A DNA stretch of 62,600 bases, the filler included. It is 6 parts of 6 records of this genome, joined end to end, with 100 filler letters (N's around TTAATTAATTAA, not from the genome) between each part and the next. Parts side by side here need not be neighbours in the genome. Positions count along the whole stretch, not along the records: positions 47,382 to 59,138 come from SRR20825010_5129; 5 more parts are not named here. One strand, 5' to 3'. Both the position numbers and the translations under genes were made by a program. The notes beneath the pieces were generated by a model, which did not search any database, was not told where the DNA came from, and worked only from the letters and a program-made list of their open reading frames with translations. This document shows, piece after piece, positions 48,067-56,198 of the stretch (position 1 is the first letter of the stretch; each line of letters opens with the position of its first letter).

Positions 48067-48852
48067 TCATGGCCGGTTTCCCTCACCGGCCCGGACGACA
48101 AACAGGGCGCCGGACTGCTGTGCGTCGACGGGTTCAGCACGCTCTTCCGGTGCAGCTACGACGCCGTTGGGGTGTTCGGCTTGCGACCGTCGCGTTGCAT
48201 CCGAACCGCTAATGAACGGCGTGACGAAGAGCGGTGCCTGGCGCCAGGCGTTTGGATCGGCGGTGGCGACGACGGTGTTTCCTCGCGTCGTCGGGGCAAG
48301 TTCGTCGCCCCCAATAAGCGGCGTGAGGATAGCGACATAGGCGCGGGTTTCCGCCGGCAGGGGACGGCCTGCGAGGTATTCCTCGTAGCGTCCGGGACCG
48401 GCATTATAGGCAGCTAGAAACCCCGGCGAACCGTAGCGATCGTGCATCTCGCGCAGATAGGCCGTGCCGGCGAGGATGTTGTCTCGCGGATCATAAGGAT
48501 CGCGACCAAGGCCATGGCGGGTGCGCAGCTCCGCCCATGTATCGGGCATGATCTGCATCAGGCCCATCGCGCCCGCAGACGATATGGCGCGCACATCACC
48601 GGCGCTCTCGACGCGACGAACGGCGCGTATCCAGTGCTGAGGGATGCCGAACCGCTGCGAAGCTTCGGCAATGAAGGCTGCGTGTGGATCGGTGGAGACA
48701 GGCCGGGTTTGCGGAATATTTTGCGCCAGCACGGCGACCGGCGGGGCGGCGGCAAAGCAAAGGCCGGAAAGGAGAAGGGAGGCAATGTGCCGGGCGGCGC
48801 GGAGCCGCCCGGTTAGATTGCGTGTTGCGGAGCGGGAATGGGGAACCGCCAT
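48067..48852 (-). CDS. Lytic transglycosylase (SLT)
   Basis: VESAG, GAMGLMQIMP, AAYNAGPG and ETRAYV motifs. Confidence 0.93.
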   Translation of the reverse strand: MAVPHSRSATRNLTGRLRAARHIASLLLSGLCFAAAPPVAVLAQNIPQTRPVSTDPHAAFIAEASQRFGIPQHWIRAVRRVESAGDVRAISSAGAMGLMQIMPDTWAELRTRHGLGRDPYDPRDNILAGTAYLREMHDRYGSPGFLAAYNAGPGRYEEYLAGRPLPAETRAYVAILTPLIGGDELAPTTRGNTVVATADPNAWRQAPLFVTPFISGSDATRRSQAEHPNGVVAAPEERAEPVDAQQSGALFVVRAGEGNRP

Positions 48853-48855
48853 GGG

Positions 48856-49194
48856 TCAGTCCCTGTCCGTGCGCTTTTGTGGCCGAGACCATTGCAGCGA
48901 CCATGAGGTCGCGTCAGCGCCGTTCTGAAACAGGTTAGCGCGGATGGGTTGCGGCAGGGCGGGGTCGTCGATCAACAGCGAGAGATACTCGCCAGCTTTC
49001 TCGCCGGTGCGCGTCCAGGCTGCTCCAATCTCCGGTGCATTATCGTTAGCACCGTGATGGATGCGGTAGTCAGGTGCGTTCTCAACCTCCGAGGGTTCCG
49101 CGGGTATGATGGTGATTTCGCGGTAGAGGGTGAGCGTATGAATGCGGCCGGTGAAGCCGGTTTCTTCGCGGGTGAATTCACCGATCTGCGGCAT
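48856..49194 (-). CDS. DUF736 family protein
   Basis: IGEF, NAPDYRI, EIGAAW and YLSLLIDDP motifs; ATG after AAAGGA. Confidence 0.88.
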   Translation of the reverse strand: MPQIGEFTREETGFTGRIHTLTLYREITIIPAEPSEVENAPDYRIHHGANDNAPEIGAAWTRTGEKAGEYLSLLIDDPALPQPIRANLFQNGADATSWSLQWSRPQKRTDRD

Positions 49195-49262
49195 GGCAAT
49201 GTCCTTTCGTGGTGCGGTGGGAGGTAGGTCGGCGTACGCGGAGCGCGCCGACGGCGTGACGC

Positions 49263-49808
49263 TCACCGCGTTGGCGTCCGCCATTCGAAGCGGCCTTCGC
49301 CGTCATTGTCGGTCCACAGTGGGACCGCCTGGCCGATGATCGAACTGGAAGAAATCGGGCCGAAATATCGCCCGTCGAGGCTGTCGGGGACTTCCCAGTT
49401 CATCAGGAAGATCTCGCCGATTCTGATCGCCCGACAGCCCTGCCAGACAGGTAACGGCCGACCGATGCGGTCATGTTCCAGCGCTGTTCCCATCTCGACG
49501 CCATCGACTGTGATGAGGAGGTTTGATCGGCAGACGGTTTGCCCAGGGAGGCCCAGAACGCGCTTCAGCAGCGGTGTTCCGCGCGGCAGATATCCGCCGT
49601 CCGCCAGGAAGCTGGCGAGGGGTTCGGGGGCATCGACAGCGACCAGATCGGTCACCTCGAGGCGACTCGTCGGCTCGACGGTGTAAAAGCCAATCGGCAT
49701 GCTGGCGGAGGCGTTCCAGATCAGTTTCGTCGGCGCGTCGATCCAGGTTGATACGGCGATTGCGCTGGTTGCGACGAAGGTCGCCAACGCCCATCTGAGC
49801 CGGGTCAT
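49263..49808 (-). CDS. traF: S26 conjugative signal peptidase (TraF-like)
   Basis: WNASASMPIG, LLKRV and SLDGRYFGP motifs. Confidence 0.88.
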   Translation of the reverse strand: MTRLRWALATFVATSAIAVSTWIDAPTKLIWNASASMPIGFYTVEPTSRLEVTDLVAVDAPEPLASFLADGGYLPRGTPLLKRVLGLPGQTVCRSNLLITVDGVEMGTALEHDRIGRPLPVWQGCRAIRIGEIFLMNWEVPDSLDGRYFGPISSSSIIGQAVPLWTDNDGEGRFEWRTPTR

Positions 49809-50326
49809 GGTGCGATCCTTCGGCGCTTCAACCAGGCCTGATGCTGGTCGCGGCTGTAGGCGCGCGGCTCGTGTCCTGCGGTCAGGCGGTTGTGGACGTG
49901 GCGCCAGTAGTCGGGCGCTGCATGGGCGGGTTCGATGGCCATCGCCTCGATGGCGTCGACCAGATGCAGCACAGCCTCGACTTTCGGCCAGCCTTCGATC
50001 TTCAGCAGGATATCGCCGCCAGGACGCACGAAGGGCAGCGTCTGGTAAGCGTCACCGGGTGCGATTGCGCGCACGATATCGATACGCGAGATGACCGTGC
50101 CATAGTCGTTCGACGCCCAGCGGACGAAGGCGAAGATCGTGCCTGGCCGGAACGCGAGGACGCGGCGACGGCGATCAAGGATCGTTTCGCGGGCGTGCGG
50201 ACCAAACCTGATCCAGTATTCGATCTTCTTCTCGATCCATGTCAGTTCGACGTGGGTCAGGTCATCGGATAGTGCGAGCAACGGCACGGGGCCGCCGCGC
50301 ACGCGGGGAGCCGCAGTGCCGGTCAT
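49805..50326 (-). CDS. DUF2840 family protein
   Basis: LTHVELTW, FVRWASNDYGT and PDYWRHVHNRL segments, typical between parA and traF. Confidence 0.85.
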   Translation of the reverse strand: MTGTAAPRVRGGPVPLLALSDDLTHVELTWIEKKIEYWIRFGPHARETILDRRRRVLAFRPGTIFAFVRWASNDYGTVISRIDIVRAIAPGDAYQTLPFVRPGGDILLKIEGWPKVEAVLHLVDAIEAMAIEPAHAAPDYWRHVHNRLTAGHEPRAYSRDQHQAWLKRRRIAP

Positions 50327-50577
50327 GAAGGGTCTCCTGATGATGGCGGGAATTCGCGGGCGAGCAGCTCGCGGAGCATTTCGGCGCCGGTGATGCCGCG
50401 CTGGAATGCGATAATCTTGATACGCCCGCGCAGTTCGGGCGTGATGTCGACGGTCAGTCGTGCGGAGAAGCCGCCGTCATTAGAGGGAGGCGAAGGCGTG
50501 CCCTGCGGCGCCTTGACCCAGCTCTCCGGATCGACGGGACGGGCGGCGAACCTGCGATTACGAGGCTGACCAGTCAT
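50323..50577 (-). CDS. ParG-like ribbon-helix-helix partition protein
   Basis: ARLTVDITPELRGRIKIIAF; follows parA. Confidence 0.8.
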   Translation of the reverse strand: MTGQPRNRRFAARPVDPESWVKAPQGTPSPPSNDGGFSARLTVDITPELRGRIKIIAFQRGITGAEMLRELLAREFPPSSGDPS

Positions 50578-51212
50578 GGCGTCAACCTCCGCACCTCAGC
50601 AGCGAGGGCGGCGATCTCGCGGGAGGCCATGCTGTCATGGTCGGCTTCGATTACCAGGCGGCCTGACTGAGCCATGTCGGCGAAAGCGACGCGCTGACCA
50701 ATGGTGGAGGCCAGCAAGGGCGGATCGTGATCTGCGAGCGTCTCGGCCGTTTCACGGGCGATGACCGTGCGCGCGCCGCAGCGGTTGAGCACGAAGCGGG
50801 CCACAAGCTGCGGGCGGTAGATGCGCGCCTCTGCCAGAAGCGCCAGCATCTCGGCTGAGGCCCACCCGTCGAGGGGTGACGGTTGCACAGGGATCAGCAC
50901 CAGGTCGGCGGCGAGAAGCGCAGAACGCATTAGTCCGGCGACACGGGGTGGTCCGTCGATAACGACGTGATCGGCGTCGCGAGCCAGTTCGGGTGCTTCC
51001 CGGTGCAGCGTGTCGCGCGCCAAGCCGACGATGCCGAAGAGGCGTGGCAGGCCTTCGCGCGAGCGCTGCTGTGACCAGTCTAGCGCCGAGCCTTGCGGAT
51101 CGGCATCGATCAAGGTGACGCGCTTGCCTTCGGCAGCCCATTGGCCGGCCAGATGCAGCGCTAGCGTCGTTTTGCCGACGCCGCCCTTTTGATTGAGGAG
51201 CGCGACGATCAT
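50574..51212 (-). CDS. parA: ParA partition ATPase
   Basis: NQKGGVGKTT, DADPQGS and IDGPP motifs. Confidence 0.93.
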   Translation of the reverse strand: MIVALLNQKGGVGKTTLALHLAGQWAAEGKRVTLIDADPQGSALDWSQQRSREGLPRLFGIVGLARDTLHREAPELARDADHVVIDGPPRVAGLMRSALLAADLVLIPVQPSPLDGWASAEMLALLAEARIYRPQLVARFVLNRCGARTVIARETAETLADHDPPLLASTIGQRVAFADMAQSGRLVIEADHDSMASREIAALAAEVRRLTP

Positions 51213-52369
51213 TCCGCACCTCCCGGCTCTTTGCCGAAAGCGAGGGAAGGGTGATCGGACGAAGATCTGTCCAGAAGGCAGGATTTACGGAAACCCGGAA
51301 CAGGAGCCGCCTGTTGGGGGCTTGGTTCGTCGACGTTTTCAGGCCGGTCGGCGATGTTTTCCACATCGCGCGCGCGCTCTTCAAAGTTAGATTCTTGGTT
51401 AGACTCTAAGTTAGGGGCGCGATTTCGTGTTTTATTACCGTAGGTTACACCCTGTTTGGGTTCCCGATAGCACGAGCCTCCGGTTCCCGATAGCACGATA
51501 GACCGGGTTCCTGATAGCACGAGGCTATCCACAGGTTGTCCACAGGCTGGCGACGGCTCGAAAGCGAGCAGATTGCGCCCGCCGATTTCGACCTCAAGAA
51601 ATAGGGTGTAGCCGGGCAGCGGCTGGCGCCTGATGATGTCGCGCAGCTCGAAGGCAAAGCGCTTGAATGGCGACAGGCTGCCGGACTTCTGATGAAGATG
51701 ACGGAAGTCGAAGCGCCAGCCATTGCGCTGATGCCCACCATGTTTGCGCACGATGCGGTAGAGCCAGCGATCGAGGCCGCCGGTGAGATCGAAATACGTC
51801 CGGTCGATCGTGAGGATGAGCGCATCGTCCAGGACAGCGCGATAGAACCAGTCGGGCACGATCAGTTCGAGGCCAGCCGGTTTACCGTAGCGGTCGGTGC
51901 GTTCCTGCCACTCGTTTATCCAGGAGAAACGGTGCCGGCGTCCCTCGGCGGGCTGCCGGATCGAGGTGGCGACTGTGGTTGACTGCAGGCGATCCAGCGC
52001 TGCTTTCAGGCGCTGATAGTCACGCAGCGAGACGCCGCGCCCGATGAAGTTGAGGATTTCGTAGGGGGTGGCCGCCATGAGGCGCGAGGTGCGCAAGCCT
52101 TTGTCGCGCGCCTCGACGATCTGGCTCGCCGCCCAGATCAGGATGTCGGCATCCCAGATCGTGGCCATGCCATGATCAGGCACGGCCTCAACCCGGATCG
52201 ACACGTCGCCTGCGACGAAGTCGATTGGCGCTGAGCGGTGGGATTTTGAGAGGGAGAAAAACGGATAAGCCATAAGATCCTGCGCGTCTCGTGGCGCGAA
52301 GTCGCCGGGGAGTGCATGGAACAGATCGAGCTGTCCGCGCTCCGGGGATGGGCGGTGTCGCGCCGTCAT
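51209..52369 (-). CDS. repA: Replication initiator protein A
   Basis: RDAQDLMAYPFFSLSK, GMATIWDADILIW and RWLYRIVRKHGG motifs. Confidence 0.9.
   Translation of the reverse strand: MTARHRPSPERGQLDLFHALPGDFAPRDAQDLMAYPFFSLSKSHRSAPIDFVAGDVSIRVEAVPDHGMATIWDADILIWAASQIVEARDKGLRTSRLMAATPYEILNFIGRGVSLRDYQRLKAALDRLQSTTVATSIRQPAEGRRHRFSWINEWQERTDRYGKPAGLELIVPDWFYRAVLDDALILTIDRTYFDLTGGLDRWLYRIVRKHGGHQRNGWRFDFRHLHQKSGSLSPFKRFAFELRDIIRRQPLPGYTLFLEVEIGGRNLLAFEPSPACGQPVDSLVLSGTRSIVLSGTGGSCYREPKQGVTYGNKTRNRAPNLESNQESNFEERARDVENIADRPENVDEPSPQQAAPVPGFRKSCLLDRSSSDHPSLAFGKEPGGAE
51357..51544. repeat. Iteron-like repeats, DnaA-box-like 9-mers and AT-rich 12-bp-period repeats inside repA (putative oriV)
   Basis: GGTTCCYGATAGCACGA at 51459, 51482 and 51506. 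TTTTCCACA 51357, CTATCCACA 51525, TTGTCCACA 51536. GTTAG at 51386, 51398 and 51410. Confidence 0.75.
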
Positions 52370-52389
52370 GATGAGGGGAACCGCGAGGA

Positions 52390-52671
52390 TTAGCGGGCGT
52401 GACGACCGGCATGGGGTGCCGACATCGTCTCATGGCGTTTGGCGGGCAGGACGCTGCCGCGAGGATCGGATGTCGAGGTGACAGCACCGCGCCCGGCCCA
52501 GGCCTGTAGTTCATCAATGGCGTAAACGACGCGGCCACCCAGCTTGCGATAGGAAGGGCCGGTTCCGTAGGTGCGATGCTTTTCCAGGGTGCGGGCCGAG
52601 AGGCTGAGAAACTCGGCGGCTTCCTTGGTGCGCAGGAAGCGGGGCGGCAGTGTCGCAAGATCGGATTTCAT
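52390..52671 (-). CDS. AlpA-like HTH excisionase / recombination directionality factor (RdfS-like)
   Basis: RFLRTKEAAEFLSLSARTLEKHRTYGTGPSYRKLGGRVVY. Confidence 0.88.
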   Translation of the reverse strand: MKSDLATLPPRFLRTKEAAEFLSLSARTLEKHRTYGTGPSYRKLGGRVVYAIDELQAWAGRGAVTSTSDPRGSVLPAKRHETMSAPHAGRHAR

Positions 52672-52756
52672 GGTGGCCTCCGTGGGGTTCTCTGGAACCG
52701 CCGGTGTTCGGCGGTGGACGAGGGCCACGATGGCGAAGAAGAATTGGCTGGGGGGA

Positions 52757-52785
52757 GTGCGAACTTAAGGGGGCTGAAATCGCAC
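52757..52785. promoter_or_regulatory. Putative FseA-box inverted repeat upstream of the rdfS-like gene
   Basis: GTGCGA-N17-TCGCAC between the fseA-like stop and the rdfS-like start. Confidence 0.55.
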
Positions 52786-52805
52786 ACCCATGATCGCGCA
52801 CAAGG

Positions 52806-53577
52806 TTAGGAACGGCGGCGGTGGCGTAAGAGCTTTCGGTAGCCGCCGTCGATCATGGCGAAGCCGTCCTTGACCAGATCGAGAACAGCATCGCGCAAGG
52901 CGGATGTCTTCCAGGGCTCGGCCGCAACCCGTTCGACCCCGTAAATGACCTCAGCGATTTCACGATAATCGGCGTTGTTCATGCGGCCATCGACGGCGCG
53001 CAGCATGTTCTTCAGCCGACGGCGCTGCTGGGTGGTCAGGCGAGTGTCGGGTGGGACCTTGTGGCCGTGCAGTTTTCGCCACAAGCGTGTAAGGGCTTCG
53101 ATCCTGTCGAGGCCAAAGGCGTCGAGGGGGATATGGGCGCTGAGGGGTTCATTGGGCTGGAGACCAGCGAGCAGGATCAGGTGGATGTGGCCCGTCCCGG
53201 TGTCGAATGACAGGTGGAGCCCTTCGATCGCCGATTTCTGACCAGACGGATGAAAGTCCGAAGAGAACCGTGGATCGGTGAATGGGATCTCCGGCGACGG
53301 TCCGATATGCAGTGCATTGCTGTCGGCTTCAGGCGTCCAGAAGACGGTCTGCTCGAGGCTGGTGAGGCTGGGGCGCGCAGGGAAATCGTAACCCCCAACG
53401 TGTTGAAATGCTTTCGCCGTCCGGTGGAAGACGCATTTCAGAATCGCGGAATATCGAGAAGTCGGTCTGATACCGTGCGTTGCGACGCAGACATTCCCAA
53501 GCGAGGTTGTCGGTATCGACCTCATCCATATAGTCGTATTCCGTGGATGTTCGCCATTTTCTTGTATCGGGCACCAT
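52806..53577 (-). CDS. fseA: FseA-like transcriptional activator (DUF6499 + DUF2285), join(53577..53383,53381..52806) via +1 programmed frameshift, about 256 aa
   Basis: Frame 0 (53577-53329) holds AWECLRRNARY and WGLRF, encoded by CGT TGG GGG TTA CGA TTT CCC. The +1 frame continues PARPS...VFW...LRAVDGR...YREIAEVIYG...W...GGYRKLL. Confidence 0.85.
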
Positions 53578-53693
53578 GAGCACATTTCCCGCACTGACTG
53601 AATACACGTCTAGCGGGAATTGATTCCGGGAATTTGAGAACCTGCATAGGTCATGTGGGGACAACAGGTGTTGCCGGAGCGACAACGCCTAGT

Positions 53694-53957
53694 TTAATGC
53701 GGAAGCCTGCGACGCAATTGCCGATATCCGTGTTCGGTCATCCAGTGAGCACGGGCAAGGTGGCTGGCGTGCACACGCTGGGCACGGTCAGGCTCCGTCG
53801 CGGGGCAAATTCCGAAGAGGATTTCGACGGCCTCCTGCCAGGAAGCGCCGTCGGTCTCGGCATCTAAGAGCCGCACATAAAGCTTAACGTGCAGGCGGTC
53901 ATACTCGGTGAGCGCAGGACCATCTGGGGCCTGGTCACGAAAGTGGAGGTTGGTCAT
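53694..53957 (-). CDS. qseM: QseM-like antiactivator (stand-alone DUF2285-type); start 53957 or 53981
   Basis: LTEYDRLHVKLYVRLLDA...GICPATEPDRA...SHLARAHWMTEHGYRQL closely follows the Mesorhizobium QseM sequence as I recall it. Confidence 0.82.
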   Translation of the reverse strand: MTNLHFRDQAPDGPALTEYDRLHVKLYVRLLDAETDGASWQEAVEILFGICPATEPDRAQRVHASHLARAHWMTEHGYRQLRRRLPH

Positions 53958-54068
53958 CGAGAGCGCCACTGTGCTCTTCATCGAGTTCGATACCTGGAAC
54001 GGAAGGCTACGTCGTCAGTGTGACTTGATGAGGTCTCTATAGTGGACGCAAGGCAACAGCAATGAAAG

Positions 54069-54320
54069 CTACCCTCGTTTCGCAGATTCCTGCCCATCGA
54101 CGATCATCACTCCTTCGTTGCGCCCGGAATTGATGAAGGCGATACCTTCGCCTTCGAGCGCCCTGCGTACCTGATCGCTGGTGCTTTCGAACACGCGCAG
54201 GCCTGTCACTGACTCCATGCGTTTAAGCGCGGTCAGCGATACTTTGGCCTTGTCCGCGAGCATCTCCTGCGTCCAGCCGAGTAATGCGCGCGCGGCCCGT
54301 GTTTGTCGGGCGGTGATCAT
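54069..54320 (-). CDS. Small XRE-family regulator (QseC-like role inferred)
   Basis: MITARQTRAARALLGWTQEMLA...LKRME; SD GGGAGG upstream. Confidence 0.88.
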   Translation of the reverse strand: MITARQTRAARALLGWTQEMLADKAKVSLTALKRMESVTGLRVFESTSDQVRRALEGEGIAFINSGRNEGVMIVDGQESAKRG

Positions 54321-54491
54321 GCATGATCACCTCCCACCGGCACTGTCCGTCACGCCAGAACTACGGCTATTATAGTCGCATTAGGCAGAGAAGGCGACCT
54401 GAAATCGCTGCTTTGCGCTACTAGGTGCAGAAAGCTCGCAGCAATGATTCGCTGAGCCCGCTTACGTGGTAAAAGCCGTGATACGACGGAA

Positions 54492-54521
54492 GAGGCCCGG
54501 CGGCTTGCGCCGCCGGGCCTC
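54492..54521 (-). terminator. Probable terminator hairpin after ssb
   Basis: Perfect 13-bp stem GAGGCCCGGCGGC with a GCAA loop on the minus strand; short U tract. Confidence 0.65.
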
Positions 54522-54531
54522 CCAGCCCCGT

Positions 54532-54933
54532 TCAGAACGGGATGTCGTCGTCGTCGATGAACTTGCCGTCGTCGTTCTGGGTCTGCTTGGCCCGGCTGAG
54601 GAAGTCCACCGTCTCGGCAATGATCTCGCAGCCGTAGCGGTCGTTGCCCTGCTGATCGGTCCATTTGGTGTAGTGGATGCGGCCGCGGACCAGAACCTTC
54701 ATGCCTTTTTCGCAATATTGCTCGATCGTCTTGCCGAGGCCGTTGAAGGCGGTGATGCGGTGCCATTCGGTATCCTGAACCCGGTAGCCTTTGTCGTCAC
54801 GGACGACCTTGCCTTCAGAGTAGCGGGGGCGCGAGGTGGCGAGCGTGAAGTGGGTGATGCTGGTGCCGCCCTGGGTGGTGCGGGTTTCGGGTTCCTGACC
54901 GATGTTGCCGGCGAGAATGACGATGTTCTGCAT
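54532..54933 (-). CDS. ssb: Single-stranded DNA-binding protein
   Basis: NIVILAGNIGQEPE, TEWHRI and acidic DDDDIPF tail. Confidence 0.95.
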   Translation of the reverse strand: MQNIVILAGNIGQEPETRTTQGGTSITHFTLATSRPRYSEGKVVRDDKGYRVQDTEWHRITAFNGLGKTIEQYCEKGMKVLVRGRIHYTKWTDQQGNDRYGCEIIAETVDFLSRAKQTQNDDGKFIDDDDIPF

Positions 54934-54937
54934 TTGA

Positions 54938-55173
54938 TGTCTCCGTTGCTTCAGTCCGAGGGACCGTCCCTCCGACGAGACCCGGCCAAGACCGTCGGGA
55001 GACACCCGCATCGACGCTTTTGCGGAGGCTTGACCCCCAAGGCCCGGAGTGGTGCGGGCAGGCGCTTGCGCCAACTCGGTCCGGAGCCGCGGGGGTTGCT
55101 GGTGGAAACCGAACGGGCTTAGGGGATCAGTCAGTCGGAGGGATATGTCCTGCGGCAAAGCCAGGCGGAGGCA
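54938..55173 (+). other. Long imperfect branched hairpin upstream of ssb
   Basis: GTCCCTCCGAC (54966) pairs with GTCGGAGGGAT (55134); TGTCTCCGT (54938) with GCGGAGGCA (55165); inner ACCCCC..GGCCCGGA with TCCGGAGCC..GGGGGT. Confidence 0.6.
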
Positions 55174-55617
55174 TTCAGCCGAACCTTCGTCCTTGCCGGC
55201 CTCTCCATCGGGACGGAACCGGATCTGCGCCACTATGCGGAACCTGGTCTGCTATCGCCTCACGCGGCCTGTACACCGCTCTCACGGAAAGGAAGCGCCC
55301 TGGATGACCGGGGTTCGCGGGGAAATGTAGATGGCGCACATCTCAGCCTTCATCCTTCTCGGCCGGTTTCAGCATGCGAAAGAGTATGAAGGTGCGTCAT
55401 GCTCGGCCGTCGCGCTGCAAGGGACAGTCGGCGGGTTGCGCGCGCCCGGTGGAACGATCATCGAGTCCGGTGCCGGCCTTAGCCGGGCCAAACAGACCGA
55501 CGCCGATGGGCGTGCTTGATTTGATGCCGAGAATTCCTATCCCTGATAAGGGGCCAGGGGGTGCGGCAGTGCAAGCTGCGAGCATCTTTTGTCAGCGGCG
55601 GGTTCCCGCGCGGGAAC

Positions 55618-56034
55618 TCAACGAGGCAGGACGGCGGTTCCGAGAGCGTTGAGGTTGAGCATCGCCGCAATGCCGATAAAGAGACCGCCCATGCCGCCGA
55701 GAAGGTTGAGCGCGACGGTCGAGTCTATGGCATTCTTGGTGATGCCATAGACGAGCGCATAGCCAGCAATAGCGGCAGGTACGGCAAAGATGGCAAGGGC
55801 GATCAGCCGGAAGGCCGGGTTTTTGGCGAAACCAAGCACCGCGATGACAAGCCCGATAGAGAGTAGCGCAGCGCCGATTGCAGCCAGACCGGACATGAAG
55901 AAACCAGCGTCGGTTCCATAAACATACTGGAATGCTGTCAGACCAACCATGAACGGCAGCGCATAAATGGCGAAGTTATAGGCGATGACGCAAAGCGCGA
56001 TCGACAAAGAGATGGCGAGCAGGATCAGGGTCAT
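55618..56034 (-). CDS. Hypothetical polytopic membrane protein
   Basis: 138 aa, almost entirely hydrophobic helices; SD GGAGG. Confidence 0.8.
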   Translation of the reverse strand: MTLILLAISLSIALCVIAYNFAIYALPFMVGLTAFQYVYGTDAGFFMSGLAAIGAALLSIGLVIAVLGFAKNPAFRLIALAIFAVPAAIAGYALVYGITKNAIDSTVALNLLGGMGGLFIGIAAMLNLNALGTAVLPR

Positions 56035-56198
56035 GAGAGCCTCCAGATGAGCAATTGAGGATCACGACAGGCTGCCAGGGAATACGTTCAGCCTGCGACT
56101 ATGCTACTTCGCCGGTGCTTCAGATATGCCTTATGAGAGCCAGAAAGTGATCGCTACGTCAAGTAAGGGCGGCTATTTTAGCCGCCAGACGGCGGCGC

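Noticed and set aside
51459-51522. Mini CRISPR array
   Set aside because: Repeats are 17 bp with only 6-7 bp between them, they lie inside repA, and there are no cas genes. Iterons fit better.
52806-53577. Frameshifted pseudogene interpretation of the DUF2285 gene
   Set aside because: The break falls exactly on the known FseA slippery motif and both halves are otherwise intact.
53385-53594. N-terminus MREMCSWCP... of the 262-aa ORF 52806-53594
   Set aside because: The conserved AWE.LRRN motif is in the other frame, so this segment is better explained as the open +1 frame upstream of the frameshift.
54934-55233. 100-aa N-terminal extension of SSB
   Set aside because: The SSB fold starts at MQNIVIL (54933) with its own SD. 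The upstream DNA is the structured non-coding region.
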